Part shown: positions 16,901-26,315 of the stretch, one piece after another
How the letters are laid out: each line of letters begins with the position of its first letter
Numbering within the stretch: the first letter of the stretch is position 1
Source: an uncultured virus (IMG/VR IMGVR_UViG_3300021254_000023)
Lineage: Duplodnaviria > Heunggongvirae > Uroviricota > Caudoviricetes
Direction: 5' to 3' (one strand)
DNA length: 64,000 nucleotides
Virus record (IMG/VR): IMGVR_UViG_3300021254_000023
Notes under the pieces: generated by a model
What the model was told of the DNA's origin: nothing
What the model saw: only the letters and a program-made list of their open reading frames with translations
Databases searched by the model: none
Position numbers and translations under genes: made by a program

Positions 16901-19816
16901 GGCCAAATTGCACCTAACTTTACTAGAGGTTCTGTCGTTCCTGAAGTAACTAGTGAGTTTTCTTATACGTATACTCCGGCTACTAATCCTATTTCAGTTC
17001 AGAGCATATTATCTACAAGTAGGAATGTTTCTGCTACTGGTAGTGTGGTTGTTGGACAAGAGCCCGGTGTTCCTGGAGATATAGAGACTAGATATACCGG
17101 TAAAGGTGAAGCATTTGATGTTCCTAAGGGGTTTGTTGCCTTAGTTGGTGATTCATATGCTGTCGGTATAGCTCCTCATTTTATCAGAGAATTGAAGGCG
17201 AAAGGTGCTAAGGGTAAGGCTACCAGTTGGACAGGAAAGAATGACAAGAGGCTTTGTTACTGTGTATCAGGGGCTACTATTCAAGCTATTACTGGACAAG
17301 TGCAAAATGCAATGGGTGATGATGCATCGGTTATTGTTATTCATGCTGGTCTTAATAATGCCTCGCAAGATGAACAGGTTATTACTAATCTTCTTTTAGA
17401 TTGTGGTAAAGTAGCTGCAACTGGTGGAGCTAAAGTTTTCTTCATTGCACCAATTACAAATCAACCTGGTAAGTTTAATACTAAGGGTGCTGCTAGCAAA
17501 GTAGCTAGAGCCGTTCGCTCTGCCTGTGCTGCTGGTGGATTTGGTCTTATTGACCTAGAGCCTAGTAGTCCTAGATATGTTACTTTTGATAAAGAAGGTA
17601 TACATCCTACTGGAGATGGGTATTCAAGACTTGCTAAAGATGTAGTAGAGCTTCTTTGGAGAGGCGGTGGTCGTGTAACTGCTGTTGCTGCAACACAAAC
17701 CGAGACCCCTGAAACCCAAGGTTTAATAGATAATGGCAGCTTCTTTGTACCAAACAGCGAATATAGTCCACAAGGTGGATTTGGTGATGCCTGGCAGACA
17801 GGAGCGGATGCTCTTTCTAATGCCAAACTGGTAGATACTCAGAGTCCAGAAGAGATAACTAAAAAGCTCCGTACAATGAAAGAAAACGAGCAGATAGTTA
17901 AGTGGTATCAAGCTAAAGGATTTAAAGAAACTTGGGGTGAGAACTATGAAGATTTTAAACAGAATTTTGGTTCTCTTGATTCGAATGAGAAAAACACTTT
18001 CATAACTGCTAGAAATTTATGGTACTCTAAGTGGCCAAAAGATTTCAGAGAAAGATTTGTTCAGCAAAAGACGTTTGAAGATTTTTATAAAATGTTTGCT
18101 GGGATGTCTAATGATATGCAGAAGTCATTCGTAGAGGAAATGCAAAATAAGCTTACCTACTTTAGAGCAACAAATTTAGAAGCTCTTGAGAAAAAATATG
18201 GATCGGAGAAATTTGATAAATATTTTGGATATACTAGAGACTACTTTGGAAGAATAGATAGAACAGCAACTCAAAAACGCTTAGAAGGTTTTGGTTCTGC
18301 GGAAAGAGATACTTCTATGGCTGGTTATTCTAGAAATGAAAATAGAAAATATCAGCAAGCTATACAAACGTATGGACAAGAGGTTGTTGATCTTCTAGAG
18401 AAGAAAGAACAGCTTGAAGCTAAACTAGGTAAAGCTAGCGGAAAGGAAAAAGAAGATCTCACTAGACAGATTAATTCTGTCGTTAGTAAACTTAATGATA
18501 GGCAATCTAATGCTGAATCTATTATTGGATCTTCTCGTATAGATAAAGGAGTTATCTCTGCATCTAAGTATGGTCAAGCAAAAACAGAGAATGATACGAC
18601 TGAAGCTCTTTTGAGTAAGCAGCTGGAGATAAATAAACGTGGTGCTAACAGAATTTCTGCGATAGACTCGAAAATGAAAACCGAGCTGTTTAATGCTCGT
18701 GCTTTAGGAAGTTCTGAATCTGAATTAGATAAAATCCGAGAAAAATATTCCAAGCTTAGGAAGAAAGCTGAGAATGATCTAGCAAAAGAGCTAGAAGCAT
18801 TTAACAAGACTATGAATAAGAGACTTGATAGAATGTCTTCTGGTGTAGCTCTCACTACATTGATTAATTCTGTCTCATTAGCTATTGCTAGAGGAGAGAA
18901 AAAGAAAGCTAGGGAATTAATTGATGAATATTGTAAAAATCATAAAGTCAATAAACGTGATCTTATAGCCAGAATAGGTATGAGTAATGACAGTATTTAT
19001 GATGCGCTTGGTGAGAAGAAAGAAGATTTTGCTAAGGAGGTAAAGAAAATAAAGAACAACTTTAAGACTTTCGGAAACGATGGGCTAGAGTCTAAAGCTG
19101 GGTATAAATATAAAGTGGCTGGCCAGGATTCTGACGTAGGTGACCAAATTAGAAGTTTCTTAAAGAACATATTTGATTTTAATCCTAAGGATGGGTATGG
19201 AAACGTATATGTTGCAGAGAACGGTATGGAACGTCTTGTCTGGAATCATGCAGATGGCAAACAAAATGTCATAGGTGTTAGATATCCGGGTAGTAAAAGA
19301 TGGGTAATAACTTCTCCTTGGTTTAATAAGAGAGCAAAAGAGATTGCTGAAAAGAGAGGAGATAAACCACCAGTTAATAAATCTGGACAAGTACTTGTAG
19401 AATCTAAGTTTGCAGAGGGTGGTTGGACTGGAGAAGGTCCTGCTAATCAAGAGGCTTTTAGCGAGAAAGAGACTACTACTAGTTTTGAAAAGGTTTTCCA
19501 CAGTGGTGAATATGTTGTTCCTAAATTTATGGCTCACGATCCTAAGTGGAGACCTGTCATAGATTCTATGGAAGATGAACGTAGGAATGAACTAGGTTCT
19601 AATAAGATGGGAAGTAGCCGTGTTAAAGAACCTACTGACTATACTACTATTATGCTCGCTGAACAACGCAGAACTAATGACCTTCTCGAGCTTTCTATTA
19701 AGACTGATGCACAGGCTTATGGAGACATAGTTAATGCAACATTGACTGGTGCTATTTCACGTAAACCACAACCTAGTGGCACATTACCACGACGTCAATT
19801 CTCATATCAATCATGA
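13928..19816 (+). CDS. Tape measure-like protein with phage tail lysozyme and SGNH hydrolase domains
   Basis: 1962 aa with helical/coiled regions. 'AAGIVGNLMAESGLNP...GLAAW...QLDYL' (~16330-16810). 'VGDS...SGAT...HAGLNN...EGIHP' (~17130-17660). C-terminal 'FAEGGWTG...HSGEYVVP'. Confidence 0.8.
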   Translation: MAAKTDDINKKAAKLAEKQTEKGKEMQQYEEAKSQLQTIMSEQQNNLALEKQDAGSQDQMTETLGQAGAMAAAGGVGGGIAAQPQVVGPSTAETLQKFGMKPGTTVTHGHNVQIQPNKITVNNTYNNTTTNNISNGAGPLQGRPVQFQQPAAANTEAQSQARFKTWLGNLFAQQKEANQKRSKEYEKREWSLTRSANKMLRKMEATGKNVMDAFNPQRFGQTVGSQLKILMTLFAIKFLAKNWDKIIKIGGNIVKFVKDGISYFGIGQEGKRLVANGGGFRGDLIRFLGGNPRDPKTTLLGVLKDVFKEFGDHMRLYLEKQMALRGMAMKSIKFPDLKFDGNSFGSDFLGRMLSGLGSVFTKAFSGVTTYLGDILTALVDPKAGVGRGVDKAVEAQANQSSDQARRREKLNMFDSVGNNTMRGEYALEQKKYALLNNALDESGKLTGSAGSTISQGRDILGSYQDAKNYGAIDVSRVYTGLQRLQDAANRQGYVYLDEEFVRKMFPRGATNGLERVPMKYVRVENDGNLNALQHQYMMNDTGWGTAADAIGYGVGAAELVGTTIGTGGVGLFSKGAQVAKAVKAGQAGFGASRMAAGVVKNGFSWKNAAKGVAKGWLGKAIGTGIAELGAGFAEDDNHLELVPASDPRPAATVNGKPTREVYYYRVKPEAVDQLVKQFDPEGKGNREIILGNIQNHIVNRAGGKTAVNRAWNLRGKDSGYWQNQNVTDVESQLSEYRRLDNIERSYDDRLNNDAWSRRKVVIENNTLGAINGVVNFAGDLMSGVGQALGITGSTKKITKAESKKNAVYIMNDLVKRGLQPHQAAGIVGNLMAESGLNPSSNAIDTNGLRAGGLAAWNGPLWEKLHAFAKQQGRPWNDMNLQLDYLWSLLNNPPKGMEKQMANVRDRLSKAKTPYDASDAWAYYERYAGYNYDPRTARQARWSPARIQQEHDNRGANANGVMAVWTEASGQEGGISKYLGSSFPKSGFAGQVGQIAPNFTRGSVVPEVTSEFSYTYTPATNPISVQSILSTSRNVSATGSVVVGQEPGVPGDIETRYTGKGEAFDVPKGFVALVGDSYAVGIAPHFIRELKAKGAKGKATSWTGKNDKRLCYCVSGATIQAITGQVQNAMGDDASVIVIHAGLNNASQDEQVITNLLLDCGKVAATGGAKVFFIAPITNQPGKFNTKGAASKVARAVRSACAAGGFGLIDLEPSSPRYVTFDKEGIHPTGDGYSRLAKDVVELLWRGGGRVTAVAATQTETPETQGLIDNGSFFVPNSEYSPQGGFGDAWQTGADALSNAKLVDTQSPEEITKKLRTMKENEQIVKWYQAKGFKETWGENYEDFKQNFGSLDSNEKNTFITARNLWYSKWPKDFRERFVQQKTFEDFYKMFAGMSNDMQKSFVEEMQNKLTYFRATNLEALEKKYGSEKFDKYFGYTRDYFGRIDRTATQKRLEGFGSAERDTSMAGYSRNENRKYQQAIQTYGQEVVDLLEKKEQLEAKLGKASGKEKEDLTRQINSVVSKLNDRQSNAESIIGSSRIDKGVISASKYGQAKTENDTTEALLSKQLEINKRGANRISAIDSKMKTELFNARALGSSESELDKIREKYSKLRKKAENDLAKELEAFNKTMNKRLDRMSSGVALTTLINSVSLAIARGEKKKARELIDEYCKNHKVNKRDLIARIGMSNDSIYDALGEKKEDFAKEVKKIKNNFKTFGNDGLESKAGYKYKVAGQDSDVGDQIRSFLKNIFDFNPKDGYGNVYVAENGMERLVWNHADGKQNVIGVRYPGSKRWVITSPWFNKRAKEIAEKRGDKPPVNKSGQVLVESKFAEGGWTGEGPANQEAFSEKETTTSFEKVFHSGEYVVPKFMAHDPKWRPVIDSMEDERRNELGSNKMGSSRVKEPTDYTTIMLAEQRRTNDLLELSIKTDAQAYGDIVNATLTGAISRKPQPSGTLPRRQFSYQS

Positions 19817-20895
19817 TTAGTAAAACAATAAATATATCAGATAAGACTAAGGCATTTTATTATGATGAGCAATTGACTAATAAGATGACCTTAGTTTCCC
19901 TTCACGCTAGTACTGAGCCCGGCCCGCCACCTAAGTATAGTAAGGCTTGGTCTGGTAAAAAACTAGATGATGATGGGTTTTATGGCGAGGATCCAATCTG
20001 TAAATCAGTAATTGCAGAAGATTTTACAGTATCTATCAATAATACTTTTTCTGAGTTCGGTGGTGATGCAATAGGACAGGCATGGACTAGTTTTGTACAA
20101 CCTCTTGCTCCATATGTTGGAGCTGTTGGAAACGACATAGAAAAGATAGCACAGAAGGCTGCTGGTCTTGCAAATGATCTTGCATCTAAGTCTGAGTATG
20201 AGTTTGTAAAGACTGGTGCAAAAGGAATACAGAAAATAGCAGACTATATTACCGGAAAAGATGCAAACGATGGTTTAACGGCTACACAACGACTTCAATC
20301 TGTTATGTCACGTAAACTTATAGTTCAAGGAACTATGTTTTCGTACTATGGAGGTACTGGAATCGATTTTGGAAATCTATCCATGAAGTTTAATGTATTC
20401 TCTGGGTATGATGAGAATGGATCTTACAAGACCGTAAAAGAGCAAGTAGATAAGTTTATGTGGTATGTTATGGGCGATTTCAAGCCTGTTACTGAAATAG
20501 GTGATGTTGGTAAACAGTTTGCAAACTGGCAGATAGCCCCTGGTGGTTATATGTCAGAAATCAGAGACATTGACCAATGTCAGTGGGGTACTCTTAAGCT
20601 ATTAGTAGGTCCATATTTTGCAGTAGAGGGTCTTGTAATTAAAGGTGCTCAGCTTCAGTATTCAAAGGCTCTAGCCAAGAATCCGAATGTTGGAGATACC
20701 ACGCAGTTAGAGCCTCTCTGTTGTGAAGTCACTTTACTTCTAGCTCCTGCTTCTAAATCTTCGGCGGAGCGTCTTAAGAGGTTTGCATATGGTAATGCTT
20801 CGTTGCAGTATCGTCAGAAATTTGAGAAGGAAGTGGCTGGAAGCTTGTCTGCTCTTAAAAGTATTAATAATGATTTAGGTATAGATAAAATGTAA
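19813..20895 (+). CDS. Putative tail tube initiator/baseplate protein
   Basis: Follows the tape measure gene (ATGA overlap); beta-rich C-terminal half. Confidence 0.45.
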   Translation: MISKTINISDKTKAFYYDEQLTNKMTLVSLHASTEPGPPPKYSKAWSGKKLDDDGFYGEDPICKSVIAEDFTVSINNTFSEFGGDAIGQAWTSFVQPLAPYVGAVGNDIEKIAQKAAGLANDLASKSEYEFVKTGAKGIQKIADYITGKDANDGLTATQRLQSVMSRKLIVQGTMFSYYGGTGIDFGNLSMKFNVFSGYDENGSYKTVKEQVDKFMWYVMGDFKPVTEIGDVGKQFANWQIAPGGYMSEIRDIDQCQWGTLKLLVGPYFAVEGLVIKGAQLQYSKALAKNPNVGDTTQLEPLCCEVTLLLAPASKSSAERLKRFAYGNASLQYRQKFEKEVAGSLSALKSINNDLGIDKM

Positions 20896-20901
20896 AGAGA
20901 G

Positions 20902-21219
20902 ATGTATAAGAAAAAGAAAAATATAAGCACATATTCTTTGGAACTAGGAAATTACATAGAGGGCTTCGACCTATATAATGCACAAATCGTGGATATGCTT
21001 CGTGACAAATATAAAGAGAGAGTTCCCTATGAAATTAGAACCTATGAATATAGGCCGGACCTAATTGCTAAAGATATATATGGTTCTGAAAATTATACTG
21101 GATTATTCCTGCTAACTTGTGGGGTTGGTTTATCTGGCCTCAAAAAAGGAGCCGTTTTATCTATCCTACCAAAAGATGTAGTAGATAATATAATAGCAGA
21201 AATTCAAAGATATGGCTAG
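20902..21219 (+). CDS. LysM-like baseplate wedge protein (T4 gp53/P2 gpX-like)
   Basis: 'YEYRPDLIAKDIYGS...LKKGAVLSI'. Confidence 0.7.
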   Translation: MYKKKKNISTYSLELGNYIEGFDLYNAQIVDMLRDKYKERVPYEIRTYEYRPDLIAKDIYGSENYTGLFLLTCGVGLSGLKKGAVLSILPKDVVDNIIAEIQRYG

Positions 21220-22345
21220 TATTCAAACAGATGGTATAACACTATCTAATGGAATACATGTCAACTTTCAACCGTGGTTTGCCAGTGGTTACCGTTTTAC
21301 TAGTCTTCACATATACGAAGAACTCGGCGGTTACTTAGCAGATGGGCAAATCGACTTGCAGATAGATGGTACAGGACCTTCCCTTGATCTTCTACAAAAT
21401 CAGAAGACTGGGAACCTGTCCATCTCGCAAGTGACGGGTGGATTTTCATATGAAATTCCAGTTTCAGTAACTAATGTTATTCATCATAAGAATTTTGTAA
21501 CTCTAGAATTTAAATGTATATCTTTACTTGATTTTGCTCAGAAAAACCAAACAGTGATCTGGGAGAAACCGATTAAGGATACTATTAAGGCTCTGTATCC
21601 TGGAAAAGTAGATATTAGAGATGGGTGTGAACCTGATTTAAACCCAGATCCATCTTTCTACTGGCAAGATCACGAAACTAATCACAGTCTTTGTACTAAA
21701 TTGTGTTTTGCCTATAAGAAGGATAGTGTATTCTCCTTTGGTTGGGAAGGTCTTTTAATTAAAGATACTATGGGTAATAAGAGCAGTTGGGGTAAACCTG
21801 ATGGTCATATCGAGTTTCGTGGTGACACCGCTGAAGCAACTCAGGATAATGATTATGCACGCCCCCATCAACCGTATATCTATAGACTTCCCATTAATGT
21901 GTGGGAAGATACTAAACCAGAAGTAGCTATTAAGGACTATACTAAGTATGAGTCCGTTAATTTCAGAGTTATTAAAAAATATGATAAATACTATTATATG
22001 CACAAAGATTATTATCAGATGGATTATAACATGTCATATAATAGTGATTATTTAAGGTCAACATATTTTCAAGAATTACGTATAATGAATGATTCTCTTC
22101 CGAACTATAAGATAGGAGATGTTCTCTGGTACCAGAGAGAACCTATCATTCAGGAACAATTATCTTGGCCGTGGAAGTATTACCTAGTTAGATCAAATGA
22201 ACTTTTTATAGCTACAGATTCATCAGAGGTGTTTGATGAACATGGAGCAAAGTTTGGTTTTGTATCTAGAATTCTCGCCCTCGAGGAAGACGGTTCTATT
22301 GCTTTCGGTAAGGATACTGATCCGATGGAAGAGGTTTCGGTTTAA
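21212..22345 (+). CDS. Putative baseplate hub (gp27/gpD-like)
   Basis: Size and position between the LysM-like and spike genes; 'WQDHETNHSL' resembles the Q..ETD motif. Confidence 0.55.
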   Translation: MASIQTDGITLSNGIHVNFQPWFASGYRFTSLHIYEELGGYLADGQIDLQIDGTGPSLDLLQNQKTGNLSISQVTGGFSYEIPVSVTNVIHHKNFVTLEFKCISLLDFAQKNQTVIWEKPIKDTIKALYPGKVDIRDGCEPDLNPDPSFYWQDHETNHSLCTKLCFAYKKDSVFSFGWEGLLIKDTMGNKSSWGKPDGHIEFRGDTAEATQDNDYARPHQPYIYRLPINVWEDTKPEVAIKDYTKYESVNFRVIKKYDKYYYMHKDYYQMDYNMSYNSDYLRSTYFQELRIMNDSLPNYKIGDVLWYQREPIIQEQLSWPWKYYLVRSNELFIATDSSEVFDEHGAKFGFVSRILALEEDGSIAFGKDTDPMEEVSV

Positions 22346-22351
22346 TAAAGA

Positions 22352-23062
22352 ATGGAAACATATTTTGGAGTAATAGCAAAAGTTCTCGATCCAGATTTAT
22401 ATACGGTCGAAGTAGACATCCCAGGTGAACAAGAACGTTTAAAAGCGTTTCCGTTTCGTGGAGAGGTTGATGAACCCCGTGTTGGTGATGTTGTTTTTCT
22501 AAGGGAGTTTGATCCAATATACCATTCCTATTACTTATACGAAAAGCTCAAAGAAAATGACTTTATTGGTATTCGGGCAAGGGGTAAGAAGATTTGGATG
22601 AAAGAGGATTTTATTCAGATCGGCATTATCCCTCCTGATGCTAATAATAGTGTTGATGCTAAGAGCTTTCCAGATACAGTAGCGGGAGAATGGTATGATG
22701 ATCAGTCAGGGGCTGACAAAACTCCGAGTTGTACCTCCTGGGTAAAAATAGACAAGGAGGGTAACATTGATATTGAAATGGAAGGAAATGGTCACATGCA
22801 CATAACAGGTGACCATAAAGTTGAAATAGATGGTGGATTAACCGTAAAGATAGGAGCAGACGCTAAAATTGAAGTCGGCGGTAGTGCAGATGTGACCGTT
22901 AGTGGGTCTGCTAAATTAACCAGTCCAGACGTAACTATAACAGGTGGTCAACTCACAGTGAAAGGAACAGCAGCACCGACGTCTCAGGGCGGATTTTGTG
23001 CTCTTCCTGCCTGCTGCTTAACGGGAGCTCCTCATATTGGGCATGTAATTTCAGGAACTTAA
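22352..23062 (+). CDS. Baseplate central spike (gp5/gpV-like)
   Basis: OB-fold-like 'EPRVGDVV', 8-residue beta-helix repeats, and a Cys/His tip 'FCALPACCLTGAPH'. Confidence 0.75.
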   Translation: METYFGVIAKVLDPDLYTVEVDIPGEQERLKAFPFRGEVDEPRVGDVVFLREFDPIYHSYYLYEKLKENDFIGIRARGKKIWMKEDFIQIGIIPPDANNSVDAKSFPDTVAGEWYDDQSGADKTPSCTSWVKIDKEGNIDIEMEGNGHMHITGDHKVEIDGGLTVKIGADAKIEVGGSADVTVSGSAKLTSPDVTITGGQLTVKGTAAPTSQGGFCALPACCLTGAPHIGHVISGT

Positions 23063-23065
23063 GAT

Positions 23066-23566
23066 ATGGCAATGACCCCAAAAGGTATGGCTCAGTCTAT
23101 AATTAGTGAGACTGACCAATGTACAGATCCAGCTGAAGCTAATAATAAATTTTATAAAGGGATCTGTAATCATGTTGAAGAGGCAGCTCAGGCTATATAT
23201 GCTTGGGCAGGTGTTAATCCCTCAGGTACCCCTGATCCACAGGTAGTATTAGATTGCAAAATCAAAACTTCAGGATCTCTTAGTCCAAGTGGAGCAACTG
23301 ATTGTACATCAGCTCTAGCAGCTTTAAGTGCTGCACTTAATGCAGCAGCTTCTACCTGGATTGTTGAGTTTCCTGCAGGTTTTTCATTAAGTCCTGCTTT
23401 CGTTATACCTACTATTTCACTATCACCTTCAATGGCAACTGATAGAGACTCAGCAATTGAAGCTATTTGTGCTCAAATTATTGCTGGTCTAAAATTATGT
23501 ACCCCTACAGCGGCTGGTGCTCATGCCGCATATACAGGGACAGCTACATTTACGCAATTAATATGA
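23066..23566 (+). CDS. Ala-rich baseplate-associated protein
   Basis: 166 aa ORF tightly packed after the spike gene. Confidence 0.55.
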   Translation: MAMTPKGMAQSIISETDQCTDPAEANNKFYKGICNHVEEAAQAIYAWAGVNPSGTPDPQVVLDCKIKTSGSLSPSGATDCTSALAALSAALNAAASTWIVEFPAGFSLSPAFVIPTISLSPSMATDRDSAIEAICAQIIAGLKLCTPTAAGAHAAYTGTATFTQLI

Positions 23567-23904
23567 CGAAATACCTACTTAGTACTGGGAAAAGTACAAC
23601 CCAGGTTGAGAAATATATCCTCGACCTATTTAAGTTAAATCTGAAAATATGGCCTGGAGATATTCCCGGTCTCCCAAAAGTCGGATTTGATTTTATCCTA
23701 ACCGATACGAAGAAAGATGAAATTATTGATGAAGTTAGGTACAGAGTAAGAACTCTAGTGGACAGACTTAAGGAGAGATTCTCGAATCAAAAAATTGATA
23801 TAGAAGTTTCCTCCATCGACTTGATTGATTCTGAGCGTGTCAGCGTGGTTATCAATGTTGGTGACTATTCTGATGAAACTACAGTCAATTTATATAATAA
23901 TTAA
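23563..23904 (+). CDS. gp25/gpW-like baseplate protein
   Basis: ATGA overlap start at 23563; 'PGDIPGLPKVG' resembles the gp25 'GE....P.FG' motif; precedes the wedge gene. Confidence 0.6.
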   Translation: MTKYLLSTGKSTTQVEKYILDLFKLNLKIWPGDIPGLPKVGFDFILTDTKKDEIIDEVRYRVRTLVDRLKERFSNQKIDIEVSSIDLIDSERVSVVINVGDYSDETTVNLYNN

Positions 23905-23907
23905 AAC

Positions 23908-25788
23908 ATGAAAAGTGTACAAGACTATATAGATAGATATAAAGGTGTTGTTAAGAACCTTGGGTATGCTGGAGAAAGTGCAGATATCCTCATACAACTT
24001 TTGGCCAATGCTTCTTGGATTAGCGAAGTAGAGAATGCTTCTTATATGGCAGAGTCCTCTTTGGAGAAAGCATCCTTAGTTAATTCGAAGATTCAGCATT
24101 GTGTCGATATGATGTATTCGGTATATCGAGGAGCATGTCCAAGAGTGATAATGAAAATAAAACCCACCAAGTATCTAACGTTAAATCCGTATGACCCCAT
24201 TATTGAATCTTCTAATTTTAGGATTCACTATTTGGGATACTATAAAGTAGTAGATCAGAACGGTAATGTAGTTAGGGGAAGTAATGCAGCAGGATCTTCA
24301 GCTGGTTCTGACTCATCAGAGGGTGATGATCCCACTGAAGATGAGAATGTAATAAAGATTATCCCCTCTAGTAATATTATGGACGTCACTAACCCAACGG
24401 GGACGGTAGATCCAGTTACTCCGGATGATGACGAAACTTATGAATTTGATGATGATGAGATAAAACATGCCACCATCGATGAGCTTATTATGGACCATCG
24501 TTTTACTGGTTCTTGGGAGTATTCTTCAGCTACGTTTTATCCTGTCTTAGAGGAAGATGATCCCGAGACTGATATAGATGATACGGTTGATGGTATTCAG
24601 ATTATTATTGGTTTCATTGCTCCAAAACGAATGGGTGAGGAAAATAACCTACAAATAGATAAAGTGATTAGCACGGCAAACGACTACTATGTAGACTGTA
24701 CTGCTGAAAATTTAAGTGATGATGTCTTTATCCAGGTAGGTGCCATAGACGAGCAGACAGGTCAGGTATCTGATATGAGCATACAGCCTAAAACTCGTAT
24801 TTTTGCTGAACATATTTTGGAGCATAAAATCTTCGACCTTACTATTCCTTCCTTTGGTTCACGTTTGTATGTAGCAAACTTTTATAAAGATGTGATTGGG
24901 CGTGATTCACAGGAGGTAGAAGGAATAACCAGTAGTGCAAAGATAACGGCCCAATACTATGGATACTCTGAGTTAGACGATTACAATGAGTCAGAACTTA
25001 GGAGAATATCTCTTAAGGGTGCTGAGTTACTTCACTTTTCTGATATACAGGATGAAGAGGGGAATGTGTATACAAATCCTTTCCTTGTACAGAATTCTTT
25101 AGTAGAGTATGATAATGTGGAAGGACTTTGTTATATTGATGCAGTCCCAAGAGACGATCTCAATACAATCCATTATAAAGCAAACCGAGACCGTTACGTT
25201 AATTCTATTCTTCGTAGTAATTCAGATATTGGTACTGTTCTAGAGGAAACATATCCTAGTGTAGTTAAGAGTGGAGGTACTTCGTATATTTTCAATGCTA
25301 ATACAAGCTCCGCTAGATACAGTACGATCAATCTTTATTATATCCCAAAGCAAGAGAACGTACTCTTGACAGAAGAAGAGATTGAGAAATTTAAGAAAGA
25401 AAAGCGTGCCTATTATGTTATTACCTCTGTCATTAATGTGGAACCTGGTCATAAATTTGTGGCAACGTTTGATATTGCTTTAGATCTTTTCAAGGGATCT
25501 ACTGAAGATTGGGATCAATTAGTTGGACAAGATATTCTTGTATCGGGCTATGAGAAAAAGTTTGGCGTAGTTTTTGATGACTCTACCAAAAAAGATATAG
25601 AGGCAGTAATTAGTAAGATATCTAACGTAAAACGAATATCCTCTTTAAATGTGACCTACACAGATGGAGGTCGTTCAGTTACCGCCGACTATATTGCTGA
25701 AAAATACAATGTTAATGCGTACTATGAAATTAAGTACAGTATAACTACCTCAGTTAATTCTATGGGGGGGGGGGCAAGTAGTATATGA
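23908..25788 (+). CDS. Baseplate wedge subunit (T4 gp6/gpJ-like)
   Basis: N-terminal 'GESADILIQLLA...ESSLEKA...S' resembles gp6; gene order fits. Confidence 0.65.
   Translation: MKSVQDYIDRYKGVVKNLGYAGESADILIQLLANASWISEVENASYMAESSLEKASLVNSKIQHCVDMMYSVYRGACPRVIMKIKPTKYLTLNPYDPIIESSNFRIHYLGYYKVVDQNGNVVRGSNAAGSSAGSDSSEGDDPTEDENVIKIIPSSNIMDVTNPTGTVDPVTPDDDETYEFDDDEIKHATIDELIMDHRFTGSWEYSSATFYPVLEEDDPETDIDDTVDGIQIIIGFIAPKRMGEENNLQIDKVISTANDYYVDCTAENLSDDVFIQVGAIDEQTGQVSDMSIQPKTRIFAEHILEHKIFDLTIPSFGSRLYVANFYKDVIGRDSQEVEGITSSAKITAQYYGYSELDDYNESELRRISLKGAELLHFSDIQDEEGNVYTNPFLVQNSLVEYDNVEGLCYIDAVPRDDLNTIHYKANRDRYVNSILRSNSDIGTVLEETYPSVVKSGGTSYIFNANTSSARYSTINLYYIPKQENVLLTEEEIEKFKKEKRAYYVITSVINVEPGHKFVATFDIALDLFKGSTEDWDQLVGQDILVSGYEKKFGVVFDDSTKKDIEAVISKISNVKRISSLNVTYTDGGRSVTADYIAEKYNVNAYYEIKYSITTSVNSMGGGASSI
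25764..25774. repeat. G11 homopolymer tract
   Basis: TAT-GGGGGGGGGGG-CAAG in an AT-rich genome. Confidence 0.85.
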
Positions 25789-26315
25789 GACTATTTATTA
25801 AAGAAAATTTACGGGCAATCCCCATTATAAACCAACTATATAACATAGTAAGAGCTTACAGTTTAGCTTATACTGGGGAAGACGATAAGGACTCAATGGA
25901 GGATTATAAATATTCTCTCAGAAACGATTATGTTCAAAGATTTATTGATTATGTTACTTTAGGAGAAACGGACCTTGTAGTGAGAAAAAATAAGATTACT
26001 TACCTAACTGCACTGTTTTATAATGTAAAAGGAACTTATAAAGTTTTTGACTACATAATAGATTATTCTCTAGTAGATGCTGATATAACTTATACAGCAA
26101 AGAATATTTCTATTTCCATTAATACTATTCCAGAGTCTCTTGATCGTGACTTGTTCTGTACTTACTTGGAGAAGTTTTTAGCTACTCTTCTCTACTTTGA
26201 GTCCTTGGATATTACAATCTCCTCACTTTCTATTAGTGTGGTAGATAACACTACCGCTTCTCTAAATCATGGAAAAGCATATTATCAATATTATGAAGCA
26301 AGAGAAGAAGAATGA
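25785..26315 (+). CDS. Baseplate wedge protein (gpI/gp7-like)
   Basis: 'LFYNVKGT' resembles the Y..KGT motif; follows the gp6-like gene. Confidence 0.55.
   Translation: MRLFIKENLRAIPIINQLYNIVRAYSLAYTGEDDKDSMEDYKYSLRNDYVQRFIDYVTLGETDLVVRKNKITYLTALFYNVKGTYKVFDYIIDYSLVDADITYTAKNISISINTIPESLDRDLFCTYLEKFLATLLYFESLDITISSLSISVVDNTTASLNHGKAYYQYYEAREEE

Noticed and set aside
25764..26315. G-tract slippage fusing the two wedge genes
   Set aside because: TAG at 25779-25781 blocks the downstream gene's frame before its ATG.
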